DNA of 64,000 nt, taken from contig CACDUI010000005.1 in assembly GCA_902555985.1 (NCBI GenBank), forward strand, positions 508 through 64,507, read 5' to 3'. This stretch comes from an uncultured Candidatus Actinomarina sp. GTDB taxonomy: Bacteria; Actinomycetota; Acidimicrobiia; Actinomarinales; Actinomarinaceae. The position numbers and the translations under genes were made by a program. The notes beneath the pieces were generated by a model that had not been told where the DNA came from, searched no databases, and was given only the letters and a program-made list of their open reading frames with translations. Below, piece by piece: positions 63,796 to 64,000 of the stretch (position 1 is its first letter; each line of letters starts with the position of its first letter).

Positions 63796-64000
63796 TAACT
63801 TAAAAACCTCTTATATAACAAATTACCCTCTACTAAATTACCACGAATATCAAACTCTACTAAATCATCAGAAGGATTACTTTTAAACAAAACAAACCCT
63901 ATCGGGAGGCCTAAAACAGGTGAAATGTTACCTGAAGTAACTACACCCTCTACACCATCAGAATTACAAATAGTTCCAGTTCTAGCTATTTGTTTAGCTT
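63795..64000 (-). CDS. gcvT: Aminomethyltransferase GcvT, C-terminal part (runs off window)
   Basis: Own translation IARTG...GVVTSGNISPVLG.PIG...DIRG; TAATG overlap with the gcvPA start. Confidence 0.85.
   Translation of the reverse strand, partial: AKQIARTGTICNSDGVEGVVTSGNISPVLGLPIGFVLFKSNPSDDLVEFDIRGNLVEGNLLYKRFLS

Noticed and set aside
63795-64000. Glycine riboswitch or gcvH near gcvP
   Set aside because: The region is gcvT coding sequence; any leader would lie outside the window.

Overview
A 64-kb, very AT-rich and tightly packed stretch of core genome from a streamlined actinobacterium. The gene order, the actinobacterial 23S insertion and the low GC point to Acidimicrobiia/'Ca. Actinomarina'-like marine bacteria; this is an inference. 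It holds the garA/MerR/DUF151 locus, one rRNA operon on the minus strand (16S-23S-5S, no spacer tRNAs), and a long minus-strand run of core genes: thrS, PIM genes, pdxST, yebC, queA/tgt, yajC-secDF, rel, hisS/aspS/alaS, ruvX-mltG-efp-nusB-mihF-gmk-rpoZ-coaBC-priA-def-fmt-rpe-rib, infC-rpmI-rplT-pheST, mpg, tyrS. It ends with two DUF3048 genes, an aldehyde dehydrogenase and gcvT/PA/PB. Highlights: (1) an ~800-bp integrase-less mini-element inserted Campbell-style into the 3' end of the 5S rRNA gene, with an 18-bp duplicated core, the native 5S 3' end and terminator displaced, 25-bp arm-like repeats and a HIRAN cargo gene; (2) an Hjc/phage-type PD-(D/E)XK resolvase sitting where ruvCAB normally lies, alongside a PriA lacking recognisable helicase motifs; (3) pervasive leaderless promoter geometry; (4) a candidate structured sRNA; (5) clean absence of the aro, pyr, arg and metK blocks from otherwise conserved operons. 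No tRNA, CRISPR array, integrase or transposase was seen.
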